Source of the DNA: Aigarchaeota archaeon
GTDB taxonomy: Archaea; Thermoproteota; Nitrososphaeria_A; Caldarchaeales; Wolframiiraptoraceae
Assembly: GCA_025058515.1 (NCBI GenBank)
Contig: JANXDW010000026.1
Span: 18,332 to 82,331, forward strand
Direction: 5' to 3'
DNA length: 64,000 nucleotides
Shown here: piece by piece, positions 11,761-22,333 of the stretch
Position numbering within the stretch: the stretch's first letter is position 1
How the letters are laid out: each line of letters starts with the position of its first letter
The notes under the pieces: generated by a model
The model's input: only the letters and a program-made list of their open reading frames with translations
Told to the model about the DNA's origin: nothing
The model's database searches: none
Position numbers and translations under genes: made by a program

Positions 11761-12630
11761 CTACATATCTAGCAGTTTCTTCAGATCCCCTATCCTCACA
11801 TTAATTTTTGCTGCAATATCTTGAGAGTGCAAGCTTTCTTTACTCTGAACACATGCTAATATCTTCGACTCATCAGGGAGATCTGACCATTTATCAACAA
11901 TCTTTTTAACGATCTCTCTCAAGGTATCTTCTACGAATTTAGAATTCTTTAATGCATCAACCACTATTCTTGCTTCATCTATTCTCTTCAAGTAAGAATG
12001 TAGAGGAGAGCTGAAAGATGATTTAACTATCTCCAATAATTGTATGAGGTCAACCTCAAAGTCTCTGGGAACTTGGAGGAAGACTCTAGCTCTACTTCTC
12101 TGCATATGGGTTGTATCTATTCCATGGAAAGAGCTCTTAACTACTTCTCTTGCACATGGGCATGCGGTTAAACCTTCAACTTCAACTCCAACATACTTTA
12201 CGGTTGCTAGCTCTCTATGTGCTATTATTCTAACATGTATTTTAAAATGCTCATAAGACACCGATTTAGTAACAGGTGATTCCGATTTATAGTATGCGGG
12301 AGACTCTATATCAATGTAAACTTTACTTGAGTATGGATGAACACTTAGTAATCTCCTTGCAATCTCTTCTCCTACTTCTTCAAGTTTCACTTTCTCTCCT
12401 GAAAATTCTTTAACTATCTCTAAGATAACACCATATATTCTAGAAGCATGGATCCCTCGTTTATCTCGAGGCAAGTCTATAAATATGTTAAACTTTGGGA
12501 CGAGAATTATCTCTAACCCGTTAAGAATTATTCTACCAGTAGGTATCCTTATGTTTTTAAAACCTACCCGATTTATTGGGATCGGTACATCTGGCCTTAG
12601 ATCTTGAACATCTGGAATACTGCTCATCAA
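11761..12630 (-). CDS. mptA: GTP cyclohydrolase MptA/FolE2 family (type IB)
   Basis: N-terminal PDVQDLRPDVPIPINRVG and a conserved CPC motif (LTACPCAREV). Length 289 aa. Confidence 0.55.
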   Translation of the reverse strand: MMSSIPDVQDLRPDVPIPINRVGFKNIRIPTGRIILNGLEIILVPKFNIFIDLPRDKRGIHASRIYGVILEIVKEFSGEKVKLEEVGEEIARRLLSVHPYSSKVYIDIESPAYYKSESPVTKSVSYEHFKIHVRIIAHRELATVKYVGVEVEGLTACPCAREVVKSSFHGIDTTHMQRSRARVFLQVPRDFEVDLIQLLEIVKSSFSSPLHSYLKRIDEARIVVDALKNSKFVEDTLREIVKKIVDKWSDLPDESKILACVQSKESLHSQDIAAKINVRIGDLKKLLDM

Positions 12631-12719
12631 TATGCTCTAAAAGAGACTTGCTAATAAACTAACTTTAAATGATAAATTATGAGTTATCTATCTGAGGCGG
12701 TGGTCTAGGTGTTTGAGGT

Positions 12720-13646
12720 TTGAAGCTCAAGGTAGAAGCTGGTTCAAGAATCCATCTAGGATTCATCGATCCAATAGGTGTTCTCGGACGTAGATGGGGT
12801 TCAGTAGGATTATACTTAAATGAGCCAAAGCTATCTCTCACAATATCTAAATGTAATGATATTATTGTAGATGGTCCAAGATGGTTGAAGGATTTAGCAG
12901 AGAACATAGTTAAAAGACTTGGAATAGATGGGTTAATGATTGAGTGCTCTAACCATATCCCTAGACACGTAGGATTAGGCTCTGGAACTCAGACGATCCT
13001 CTCAATAGGGTTAGCAGTTTCTAAGATCTATAAGCTTGATTTAACACTTAGAGATATAGCTTTGATGTTTAATAGATGTAGAAAGTCTGGTGCAGGATTC
13101 TGGCTATTCCAAGTAGGCGGCATAGTCATAGATGGAGGAAATACATCTGAGGAAGAAATTCCACCATTACTAGCTAGGTTCGACCTCCCCGAGGAGTGGA
13201 TGATTCTTCTAGCTATTCCCTTAAATGAAGGTTTAGGTCTTCATGGAAGAATTGAAGAAGAGAAATTTAAGATGCTTAATGCGGCAGATCCTAAAGAAGC
13301 TTCATTGATAATCTTGATGAAGTTACTACCATCTATAGTGCAGAGGAATTTTGAGAGATTCTCAGAGGCTGTAGAAGAACTTGACCTAGTAACATCTAGA
13401 TTCTTTGAAACAGCTCAATCGGGTAGATATTTTAAAAGTTCTTCTAAAGTTGTTGAATTTTTGAAAAACATAGGAGTGAGGGGGGTGGGGCAAAGCTCTT
13501 GGGGTCCTACGATATATGGATTTTTAGAAAGCTCTGAAGTTGAAGAAGTGGGTAAGAAGCTTAAAAACATAGAGGGTTTTAGATTCATCTTTACAACTCC
13601 ACGTAATAAGGGTGCAGAGATCTCTCAACTCCAATCTAGTTTTTAG
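12720..13646 (+). CDS. GHMP-kinase-fold enzyme, beta-ribofuranosylaminobenzene 5'-phosphate (beta-RFAP) synthase-like
   Basis: N-terminal SRIHLGFIDPIG resembles the RIH(M/F)GLID start of beta-RFAP synthases. GHMP motif HVGLGSGTQ. Context is MptA and MptE-like genes. Confidence 0.5.
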   Translation: MKLKVEAGSRIHLGFIDPIGVLGRRWGSVGLYLNEPKLSLTISKCNDIIVDGPRWLKDLAENIVKRLGIDGLMIECSNHIPRHVGLGSGTQTILSIGLAVSKIYKLDLTLRDIALMFNRCRKSGAGFWLFQVGGIVIDGGNTSEEEIPPLLARFDLPEEWMILLAIPLNEGLGLHGRIEEEKFKMLNAADPKEASLIILMKLLPSIVQRNFERFSEAVEELDLVTSRFFETAQSGRYFKSSSKVVEFLKNIGVRGVGQSSWGPTIYGFLESSEVEEVGKKLKNIEGFRFIFTTPRNKGAEISQLQSSF

Positions 13647-13671
13647 AATTTAGGAGGAGTTAAGATTAGAT

Positions 13672-16371
13672 CTATTTTTTCTTTGATTCTTTATACAGTT
13701 TTCTTAGTACGTATTTTAAGATTCCTCCATGCTTGAAGTACTCAACCTCTATATTGGTATCTAGTCTAGCGATAACGTTGAATACTATCTCGGAACCATC
13801 TTCTCTTCTAGCTATAACTCTTAGCTTTTTCCTTGGATAAAGTCCTTCCTCGATCCCTTCTATATCATAAACCTCTCTACCAGTTAATCCAAGAGTTTTC
13901 CAATTCTTACCTTCTTCAAATTGTAGAGGCAGTATTCCCATGCCGACTAAGTTACTCCTATGTATACTCTCAAAGCTCTCTGCTAAAACTGCTTTAACCC
14001 CAAGTAGGTATGGTCCCTTAGCCGCCCAATCTCTTGAACTACCTGCACCATACTGTTTACCGGCTAAAACGATCGCGGATACTCCTTCCTTCATGTATAG
14101 TTGAGATGCATCATATATTCTTAATAATTCTCCACTCGGATGATGGATCGTCCAGCCTCCTTCCTTCTCTGGTGTTAATAGATTTCTTAACCTAAGATTA
14201 TCGAATGTACCTCTTATCATTACTTCATGATTCCCTCTTCTAGACCCATATGTATTAAAGTCTTCAGGCTTAACGCCTCTCTCTATAAGATATTTTCCAG
14301 CAAGACTATCTACAGGTATTGATCCAGCTGGAGAGATGTGGTCTGTAGTTATTCGGTCGCCTAACATTACGAGAACTCTAGCATTCTTAATATCTTTAAG
14401 TGGAGGTGGATCAAGTGTAATATCATCGAAGAATGGAGGCCTCCTGATATAAGTAGACTTTTCATCCCAAGGATATAGGTCGCTCTTCTCTATAGAGATC
14501 TCTCTCCACTTAGGACCACCTTCAAATATCTTACTGTACTTCTTTCTGAAGTCGGATGGTTTGATCACATTCTTCACGACTTCTTTCACTTCTTCACTTG
14601 ATGGCCAGATATCTCTAAGAAATACTGGATTATTATTCGGGTCTCTTCCAATAGGCTCGTTAAGTAGATCAATATCTATTCTTCCCGCAATAGCGTATGC
14701 AACTACTAGTAGAGGCGAGGCCAAGAAACTTCCTCTAGTCAGAGGATGAATTCTACCTGCAAAATTCCTATTACCACTCAGTATACTTACAACATATAAT
14801 TGGTGTGTCTTTATAGCGTTAGAGATATTTTGTTGGAGAGGTCCACTATTCCCGATACAAGTAGTACATCCAAATCCAACGACATGGAATCTAAGAGCTT
14901 CTAAGTATTGTAATAGACCAGCCTTCTTAAGATACTCTACTACGACTGGGCTTCCAGGTGCAAAGCTTGTCTTAACCCATGGTTTAGTAGATAAACCTCT
15001 TTCAACTGCTTTTTTAGCTAAGAGTGCTGCACCAATCATTAAGCTAGGGTTAGAGGTATTGACGCAGCTTGTTATAGCTGCTATGACTATATTTCCATGA
15101 GTTAACTCTGTCTTTACTCCATCGAATTCTACTAATGCTTTTGGAGAGGTCTCTATGCTTAAACCCCTCTTTCTAGCATCTTCTAGATACTCGTTTAAGA
15201 TTTGGATGAATCTCTCTTTCACATTTGATAAAGGTATCCTATCCTCTGGGTTGAGTGGTCCCGCTATTGTAGGCTCAACCTCTCCTAGATCTATCGTAAT
15301 TAATTCTACATAATCTGGTGTAGGAGATGATTCATCTCTAAATATCCCTATCTTCTTTGAATATCTCTCAACAAATCGTATATGCTCACGGCTTCTAGCT
15401 GTAATCTCAAGGTACCTGAGTACTTCTCTATCTATCGGGAAGTAGGCTGTCCTAGGTCCATACTCAGGGGACATATTAGAGATCGTAGCTCTATCTGGTG
15501 CAGATAGCTTCTCCACCCCAGGACCTATAAACTCAACTATCTTATCTACTAGATTCTTCTTTCTTAGAATCTCTGTAATCGTTAAGACTATGTCTGTTGC
15601 ATTTACTCCTTCTTTAGGTTCTCCTTCAAGCCTAACCCCTACAACTTCAGGTATCGAGATATAGTATGGTTGTCCAAGCATTACCGCCTCTGCTTCTATC
15701 CCTCCAACACCCCATCCGAGGACACCGATAGATGAGACCATAGTTGTATGTGAGTCTGTTCCTATAACGGTATCTGGAAATGCTACGAGACCTTCACGAA
15801 TTCTTTCAAGATGTACAACCTTTGCAAGATACTCAAGATTAACTTGATGTATTATCCCAAATCCTGGAGATGCCACCTTCAAGTTCTTGAATGCTTTCTC
15901 AGCCCACTTTAAGAAAGAATATCTTTCAATATTTCTCTCCATCTCTAGATTGATATTTTGATATAATGCGTAGCTTGTACCGTAGTAGTCTACTTGGACT
16001 GAGTGGTCGATTATTAAATGTACAGGTACAAGTGGGTTAACAATTTTAGGATCTCCACCTAGCTTCTTCATAGCATCCCTCATAGCGGCCAAGTCTACGA
16101 GTGCGGGAACGCCTGTAAAATCTTGTAATATCACTCTACTGGGTAGATAGGGGATCTCTCTACCAATGTTATTCCTCCAATCCAATATCGCTTTAACATC
16201 TTCTTCTGTAACTATCTTTCCATCATAATTTCTTAAAAGGTTCTCGATCAAGATTCTTATAGAGTATGGGATAGATTCTATGCTTACACCACTGATCTTA
16301 TTCAAGTTCCATATTGTAGCCCTCCCCTTATATGTCCTCAACACGTCTCTAACGGATGAGAAGTCTATCAT
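13672..16371 (-). CDS. acn: Aconitate hydratase (aconitase A family)
   Basis: 899 aa with Fe-S cluster Cys ligands (ITSCVNTSNP, GFGCTTCIGNSG) and a C-terminal swivel domain. Confidence 0.9.
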   Translation of the reverse strand: MIDFSSVRDVLRTYKGRATIWNLNKISGVSIESIPYSIRILIENLLRNYDGKIVTEEDVKAILDWRNNIGREIPYLPSRVILQDFTGVPALVDLAAMRDAMKKLGGDPKIVNPLVPVHLIIDHSVQVDYYGTSYALYQNINLEMERNIERYSFLKWAEKAFKNLKVASPGFGIIHQVNLEYLAKVVHLERIREGLVAFPDTVIGTDSHTTMVSSIGVLGWGVGGIEAEAVMLGQPYYISIPEVVGVRLEGEPKEGVNATDIVLTITEILRKKNLVDKIVEFIGPGVEKLSAPDRATISNMSPEYGPRTAYFPIDREVLRYLEITARSREHIRFVERYSKKIGIFRDESSPTPDYVELITIDLGEVEPTIAGPLNPEDRIPLSNVKERFIQILNEYLEDARKRGLSIETSPKALVEFDGVKTELTHGNIVIAAITSCVNTSNPSLMIGAALLAKKAVERGLSTKPWVKTSFAPGSPVVVEYLKKAGLLQYLEALRFHVVGFGCTTCIGNSGPLQQNISNAIKTHQLYVVSILSGNRNFAGRIHPLTRGSFLASPLLVVAYAIAGRIDIDLLNEPIGRDPNNNPVFLRDIWPSSEEVKEVVKNVIKPSDFRKKYSKIFEGGPKWREISIEKSDLYPWDEKSTYIRRPPFFDDITLDPPPLKDIKNARVLVMLGDRITTDHISPAGSIPVDSLAGKYLIERGVKPEDFNTYGSRRGNHEVMIRGTFDNLRLRNLLTPEKEGGWTIHHPSGELLRIYDASQLYMKEGVSAIVLAGKQYGAGSSRDWAAKGPYLLGVKAVLAESFESIHRSNLVGMGILPLQFEEGKNWKTLGLTGREVYDIEGIEEGLYPRKKLRVIARREDGSEIVFNVIARLDTNIEVEYFKHGGILKYVLRKLYKESKKK

Positions 16372-16507
16372 ATATCATCATCATCGATACTCTCTAAAAT
16401 ACTTTAATCTAGAACTCTGTGAAGATTTATTATAAGAATCTTAGGGTAAGAATGTTCTACTCAGCAACTTAAAACTTTAATTATCATCTAGTAAAAGTTA
16501 TCTTGGA

Positions 16508-18280
16508 ATGTTATTCTCTCAGCTTGTTGAGTACTACGAGAAGATAGAAGCTACGACAAGTAGGATAGAGATGACCAATCTACTCGTAGATCTCTTGAAG
16601 AAAAGCCCACCAGATATTATCGATAAGATTGTATATTTAACAGTTGGTGAGATATATCCTCCATTCATAGGCATCGAGCTAGGTGTAGCCGATAAACTAG
16701 CTCTTAGAACTATAAAGATTGCCTCAGGACGGTCTGAGAAGCTTATTAGAGAAGAGTATAGTAGACTTGGAGATGTAGGTCTAGTTGGAGAAAAATTGCT
16801 ACAGACCCGTAGCCAGATTACACTACATACAAGAGAGCTAACAGTATCCGATGTATATCATTCATTAGAAAAGATCGCTAAAACATCTGGAGAAGGAGCT
16901 ATGGAGACAAAAGTACAGATCTTGGTAGGATTATTATCTTCAGCTACTCCTAAAGAGGCTAAGTATATTTTAAGAATAGTTACAGGAAAGCTAAGATTAG
17001 GAGTTGCAGATATGACGATCCTCGATGCTCTTGCAATCTTGTATGGAGGTGGAAAAGAGACTAGAGAAATATTTGAGAGAGCATATAATATCACATCAGA
17101 TATAGGATATATTGCAAAGATCGCCGCTCTCGAAGGTCTTGAAGGAATTAAGAATATAAAGATCTCTATTGGAAGACCTGTAAGACCCATGCTCGCTGAA
17201 CGCCTCTCTTCAGCTGAAGAGATAATCTCAAAGATTGGTGGAAAATGTTTAGCAGAGTATAAGTACGATGGTGAAAGGATGCAGATCCACAAGAAAGATT
17301 TGGATGTTATGATCTTCTCTAGGAGGCAAGAGAACATCACTTCACAGTACCCCGATGTTGTCAAGCTTGTCCAAGAAAACATTCTAGCCGATGAAGCTAT
17401 CTTAGAATGTGAAGCTGTAGCAATAGATCCTGAGACTTATGAGACTTTACCATTCCAAGAACTGATGCATAGAAAGAGAAAGCATGAGATAGAGAAAGCA
17501 GTTGAAGAATATCCTGTGAATCTATACTTCTTCGATATACTCTATCTAGATGGTAGAGACTTAACATTAGAACCATTAGAAGAGAGAAGAAGAACACTAG
17601 AAAGAATAGTGAAGACAGGTGATAGAATATATCTAAGTAAAGCAATATCTACTGATAATCCATTAGAATTAGAGAAGTTCTTCCACGAAGCGATTGAGAA
17701 TGGATGTGAGGGATTGGTTGTAAAGAGTTTAGGAAAAGAAGCAATATATAGAGCAGGAGCAAGAGGGTGGCTCTGGATTAAATATAAACGAGATTATAAG
17801 AGTGAGATGATAGATACAGTAGATCTAGTCGTAGTAGGAGCATTCTATGGAAGAGGTAGGAGAAGTGGAAAATATGGAGCACTCTTGATGGCTGCATACG
17901 ATCCTGAGAAAGATGTCTTCCCATCTGTCTGTAAAGTTGGAAGCGGTTTCACCGATGAAGACCTTGAGAAGCTTCCAGCATTACTTGAACCATATAAGAT
18001 CCCTCATAGACATGCTAGAGTCATAACAGGGGTGGAGACAGATGTCTGGTTTGAGCCTAGGCTGGTATTAGAGATCATAGGTGCAGAGATAACTTTAAGC
18101 CCAATACACCGTGCAGGTTGGAATCTTATAAAAGAAGAATCAGGATTAGCGATTAGATTCCCGAGATTTACTGGAAGATATAGATTGGATAAATCTCCAG
18201 AAGATTGTACAACGGTAGATGAAATCATTAAGATGTATAGGTCACAGTTGAAGAAGATAATGGAAGCATCACCTACATAA
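16508..18280 (+). CDS. lig: ATP-dependent DNA ligase
   Basis: 590 aa. Adenylation motif I, AEYKYDGERMQIH (KxDG). Confidence 0.9.
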   Translation: MLFSQLVEYYEKIEATTSRIEMTNLLVDLLKKSPPDIIDKIVYLTVGEIYPPFIGIELGVADKLALRTIKIASGRSEKLIREEYSRLGDVGLVGEKLLQTRSQITLHTRELTVSDVYHSLEKIAKTSGEGAMETKVQILVGLLSSATPKEAKYILRIVTGKLRLGVADMTILDALAILYGGGKETREIFERAYNITSDIGYIAKIAALEGLEGIKNIKISIGRPVRPMLAERLSSAEEIISKIGGKCLAEYKYDGERMQIHKKDLDVMIFSRRQENITSQYPDVVKLVQENILADEAILECEAVAIDPETYETLPFQELMHRKRKHEIEKAVEEYPVNLYFFDILYLDGRDLTLEPLEERRRTLERIVKTGDRIYLSKAISTDNPLELEKFFHEAIENGCEGLVVKSLGKEAIYRAGARGWLWIKYKRDYKSEMIDTVDLVVVGAFYGRGRRSGKYGALLMAAYDPEKDVFPSVCKVGSGFTDEDLEKLPALLEPYKIPHRHARVITGVETDVWFEPRLVLEIIGAEITLSPIHRAGWNLIKEESGLAIRFPRFTGRYRLDKSPEDCTTVDEIIKMYRSQLKKIMEASPT

Positions 18281-18296
18281 TAGAGGTGTAGGAATA

Positions 18297-18899
18297 TTGA
18301 GTCAAGAAGAAAAAGAAAAACCTAAGATCTTAGCAGAGCTCAAAGAGTATCTTGAAAGAAGGATAAGCGATCTTGAGAAAGAGTTGGAGCTTCTTAGATT
18401 GATGGTAGAAGTAGTTGATGAGAAGCTTGTAGAAAAGAGTTTCAAGAAGCCGAGCTTAACCCCAGAAGTTAAAGAAGTTGTTAAAGAACCTCTTATGAAA
18501 GGTGAACCACAAGCCTCAATGACCTCAGAACTTGAAGAAGGAAAGATTAGAATTTTGAAAGCCAAGACAGGAGAGGTTTTAGCCAGAGTTATCATCTCTC
18601 CAAATGAGTTAAGGTTTATCATTGATCCTGAGGTAAAGGTTACAGTAGATACTAAGCCTTTCTCATCTTTCCTAGTTAAGAAAGTTCTCGAGGCCATGAG
18701 TAGGATGGATGGCGAGAGAGTTAAGAAGGGGGCGCTACCCCCTGGGCAAGAACTTAGTTACAATATAATCCAAGATGGAGATAGGGTTAAAGAGATAGTG
18801 GTAAGAAATTTCAGAGAAGAGTATAGGATTAGAGAGATAGTGAATGCTATTAGGTGGACTCTTGAGACTATATTTGAGAAACAGTCTACTCACCAATAA
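18297..18899 (+). CDS. Hypothetical protein with N-terminal coiled coil
   Basis: 200-aa uninterrupted ORF in AT-rich DNA with a TTG start and heptad-like EKELELLRLMVEVV. No family recognised. Confidence 0.3.
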   Translation: MSQEEKEKPKILAELKEYLERRISDLEKELELLRLMVEVVDEKLVEKSFKKPSLTPEVKEVVKEPLMKGEPQASMTSELEEGKIRILKAKTGEVLARVIISPNELRFIIDPEVKVTVDTKPFSSFLVKKVLEAMSRMDGERVKKGALPPGQELSYNIIQDGDRVKEIVVRNFREEYRIREIVNAIRWTLETIFEKQSTHQ

Positions 18900-19311
18900 T
18901 AGTTGTTACAATCTTTCTCGACCTAGGTCTAGTATCAAGCTCTACTAGGACTACCTGCTGCCAAGTGCCTAGTAATGGTCTACCATTCTCTACGGGGATA
19001 GATATGCTTGGACCAATTATCGATGCTCTTACATGACTATGACCATTATCATCTCCCCATCTAAGATGATGCTTGTATTCAGCATCTCTTGGAGCAATCC
19101 TCTCAAGAGAATTCATTAAATCTTCTCTAAGACCAGACTCATACTCTATGGTAGTTAAAGCAGCTGTAGACCCTGTAACAAATAGATGCAGTACGCCATT
19201 ATTGATACCAGACTTGGCTAAATGTTCTACTAAATATTTCTCGAGATTTACGATATCACCTTCTCTACTTGTCCTTACTTCTATCTCTCCCCGATAGATT
19301 TTGATAGCCAT
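18886..19311 (-). CDS. YjbQ/UPF0047 family protein (secondary thiamine-phosphate synthase-like)
   Basis: 141 aa with UPF0047-like blocks HLFVTGSTAALTTIEYE and HSHVRASIIGPS. Confidence 0.7.
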   Translation of the reverse strand: MAIKIYRGEIEVRTSREGDIVNLEKYLVEHLAKSGINNGVLHLFVTGSTAALTTIEYESGLREDLMNSLERIAPRDAEYKHHLRWGDDNGHSHVRASIIGPSISIPVENGRPLLGTWQQVVLVELDTRPRSRKIVTTIIGE

Positions 19312-19611
19312 ACCATCACAATTTTATTAAACTCAGTTAATAAACGTTACAAAAGATTAGCTTGATGATTTTCAATCGATCTACCATTTATAGTTAAAAA
19401 TCATTAAGATAACTTTAGGATAGTAATTTGCTATAAACGTACCTTATGTTTAAAATCATCTTTAATTAGATCGATAAGAACGGTTTGAGGATGGAGATAT
19501 GCAAGGTTAAAAAGCTCAATAAACTTTTTTATCTCGAGAGATCTCAAGAACCGATTTAAAAAAACTCTATAAATATCTCTGAAACTGTTATATCAGCAGT
19601 GGAATAGTCTT

Positions 19612-22332
19612 ATGAAAGAGATGTACTCTAAGATACTGTACATAAATATCATAATCACCATATTGATATTGTTTCCCCTCAGTATTTCAATTGTAGAAGC
19701 ATCATCAATAACTATAACGATAAAAACAGTTGATGGAGAAGTTCTCCCAAATGCTATAGTGAAGATATTCAACTCAACACACACATTTACTTCAAAAACA
19801 GGCTCAGATGGTAAAGCTACCTTGACAGGAGTTGATGGAAAAAAATTATACACTCTTGAAGTATATTATCCTTCTGGATTTTTAGTTAATAGAATCTCAG
19901 ATTTCAATTATAGCGCGTTGACTCCGAAAGAAGTTAAAGTTGGAGTATTAAGTAAATGGAGTATCACTTTTTGGGATAAGTATGGTAGAGACCGATTGTC
20001 AAATACTCTCATAGAAATAAAACATTCAGAGAATAATACATTAAGGTATTCTGGTAGAACAGATGGAAACGGTAAGGTGGAGTTCTCATATCTTCCTTTG
20101 AGTGAAGCTAACAGTATGGTCTATTTAATAAACGTCAGCTATGCTAATTTAAATTTTGAACTAGAATATGAGTGCTCTATTGATACTAAAAACATCGATA
20201 TCAAGCTAGATCTATATAGAGTGATAGTTAAAGTCTTGGATTTTATGAATAAACCTATTCAAGGAGTTATAGTGGAGCTTGTAGGAGAACTAGGTCAGAA
20301 GACCTATTTTAAAGAGAGCTCAAACTCTACAGGTTACTCAGTCTTGAAACTTGTTCCGAAAGGTGATTACTATCTAATTGCTAAACTCCAAGAATACGTA
20401 GTCTATAGTTCGAGCGCTAAGGTCATTAAAGTGAAAGATTCTGATGTAGAATATTCTATAACAGCTCAAGCCGTTCGACTTAATATAACAGTCTATGATT
20501 TTGATGGAGAAAAAATTGTCTCAGGATTCAACGTAGATCTCGTAGGAGAGATAAGAGATATGAATAATAAATTAGTAGCTAGGACTTCAACAAAAGATGG
20601 GAAGCTCAGGTTTGATCATGTTCCATTTGGAAAATTTAAGCTAAATCTCACAATAGCTGATACCACTGTCTTCTTTCAAGATTATGAAGTAAAATCGGAG
20701 ACAGTACAAGGCTCCATTAAAGCAGGATTCTACGATATTAAGATCAATGTTGATGGCGTCCATCTTGTGAACTCCATGATTGTAAAATATCTTAAAGGCT
20801 TACTTAAGAAAAATCTTCTAGAAATCCCTCTTGACTTCTCTCGAGGATATGCAACTTTAGAAAATGTTCCTACTTCAATTGGATATATATTGAAATTGTA
20901 TTTTGATAAAACAGAGATAGGAGAGCATAAAGTTAACATTACAAGAGATGAAGAAGAAATAACGATACAGATTAGAGGTAAGAACATTACTGTAAATACT
21001 CTAAATCTAAACGATAAACCTATAGTAGCTGAGATACAAGCATATATTCGAGGTAATGAACCATATTTTTCATTCAAGACGGATCCTTCAGGCGTGGCTA
21101 GAATTGGTGAGTTACTTCCGATAACCTATCTATTGAAAGGACATGTTATGGGAGTAGATTGTGGTCAGCTGGAGATCAATCCTCAAGTATCTGAAGAGTA
21201 TACTCTTAAACTTAATGTAAAGAACGCGTTTGTAAGAGTATACGATAAAGATAAAGAATCGATGATCCAAGATGCTACCGTAGAATTATACGTAGGTAAA
21301 TCGAAGATCTCAAGTACTACTAATTCATCTGGAGTAGCATCTTTCGAGAACATCCCATTAACAAAGTACTCTTATAAAACCTACTTCTACGGGTTCAAAG
21401 TTGCTGAAGGTGAATTAACCCTAACTCTTGATAGCGAAGTATCAGAGATAGTTGCTCCTGGGATCTTAGATGTAAGATTAGCTATAGTAGATGGTGAACG
21501 ACAACCCATAGATGGTGGAAGAATAATACTCTCGATCGGAGATAAACAGATCGAGGCTAAGATAGATGATAATGGTTTTGCTAGAATTAGAGAACTACCA
21601 AATTCAACAATCTATATCGAGAGACTTCACTATAAAGGTGTAAACGTAAACGTAGAACCATCTGAGATAAATCTAGTTAGAGATGAGATGTTAGTAGTTT
21701 TAAGCACAAGTGTGTACACTCTTCAAGGATCAGTGATATTGAAGAATGAGAAACCTATGAATTTCGGTGAAGTAAACATATATGTTAACGGAGAAAAAAT
21801 CTCTACGATAAGTCTATCTGAAAGTAATTCTTTCTCTGAAAGATTACCGAGTGGAGAGGTGAAGATAGATGTCATCTTTAAGAAATCTAGGGTTGCCTCG
21901 AAAACTTTAACTCTCGATTCTCCTAAGCAAATAATATTAACCGCTGAAGTCTACAAACTTAATAGCATATTCTATGATACGCTTAATAAACCACTTGAAG
22001 GTTTAAACATTGAAGTGAGATCTGATAAAGATTTTCTAGAAGAACTAGAAACAAATGAGAAGGGGGTTGTTGAGGTATATCTACCTTCAGGATCATACCT
22101 TCTAAAGATAAATTATGATAATAGAACTTATGATTCTTCAATAAAGTTGAGAGAAGATACCGAGTTAGTATTTATGCTTCCTATAGAAATCTCCAATCCA
22201 GTAATCTTAATCTTGCTACCATTCATAAATATTGCCATAGTATCCCTCTGCTTCTCAAAGATAATCTCTATAAGAAAAGTTAAAGTAAAGAAGACGCGTA
22301 GAAAGTTACCGAGTAGATTACCTAGGGTTTGA
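19612..22332 (+). CDS. Large cell-surface protein: N-terminal signal/TM, repeated beta-sandwich (carboxypeptidase-regulatory-like) modules, C-terminal TM anchor with basic tail
   Basis: 906 aa. A module like V.V.D..G..I.G..V.L.GE recurs at least five times. A C-terminal hydrophobic helix is followed by KVKVKKTRRKLPSRLPRV. Confidence 0.5.
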   Translation: MKEMYSKILYINIIITILILFPLSISIVEASSITITIKTVDGEVLPNAIVKIFNSTHTFTSKTGSDGKATLTGVDGKKLYTLEVYYPSGFLVNRISDFNYSALTPKEVKVGVLSKWSITFWDKYGRDRLSNTLIEIKHSENNTLRYSGRTDGNGKVEFSYLPLSEANSMVYLINVSYANLNFELEYECSIDTKNIDIKLDLYRVIVKVLDFMNKPIQGVIVELVGELGQKTYFKESSNSTGYSVLKLVPKGDYYLIAKLQEYVVYSSSAKVIKVKDSDVEYSITAQAVRLNITVYDFDGEKIVSGFNVDLVGEIRDMNNKLVARTSTKDGKLRFDHVPFGKFKLNLTIADTTVFFQDYEVKSETVQGSIKAGFYDIKINVDGVHLVNSMIVKYLKGLLKKNLLEIPLDFSRGYATLENVPTSIGYILKLYFDKTEIGEHKVNITRDEEEITIQIRGKNITVNTLNLNDKPIVAEIQAYIRGNEPYFSFKTDPSGVARIGELLPITYLLKGHVMGVDCGQLEINPQVSEEYTLKLNVKNAFVRVYDKDKESMIQDATVELYVGKSKISSTTNSSGVASFENIPLTKYSYKTYFYGFKVAEGELTLTLDSEVSEIVAPGILDVRLAIVDGERQPIDGGRIILSIGDKQIEAKIDDNGFARIRELPNSTIYIERLHYKGVNVNVEPSEINLVRDEMLVVLSTSVYTLQGSVILKNEKPMNFGEVNIYVNGEKISTISLSESNSFSERLPSGEVKIDVIFKKSRVASKTLTLDSPKQIILTAEVYKLNSIFYDTLNKPLEGLNIEVRSDKDFLEELETNEKGVVEVYLPSGSYLLKINYDNRTYDSSIKLREDTELVFMLPIEISNPVILILLPFINIAIVSLCFSKIISIRKVKVKKTRRKLPSRLPRV

Positions 22333-22333
22333 G

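Noticed and set aside
12720-13646. Alternative call of the GHMP protein as mevalonate, homoserine or pantoate kinase
   Set aside because: The N-terminal RIHLGFID start and the pterin-gene context fit beta-RFAP synthase better. I keep this as an alternative with reduced confidence.
16858-17645. Two minus-strand ORFs (174 and 82 aa)
   Set aside because: They are antisense inside the DNA ligase gene. The ligase has clear motifs and these have none.
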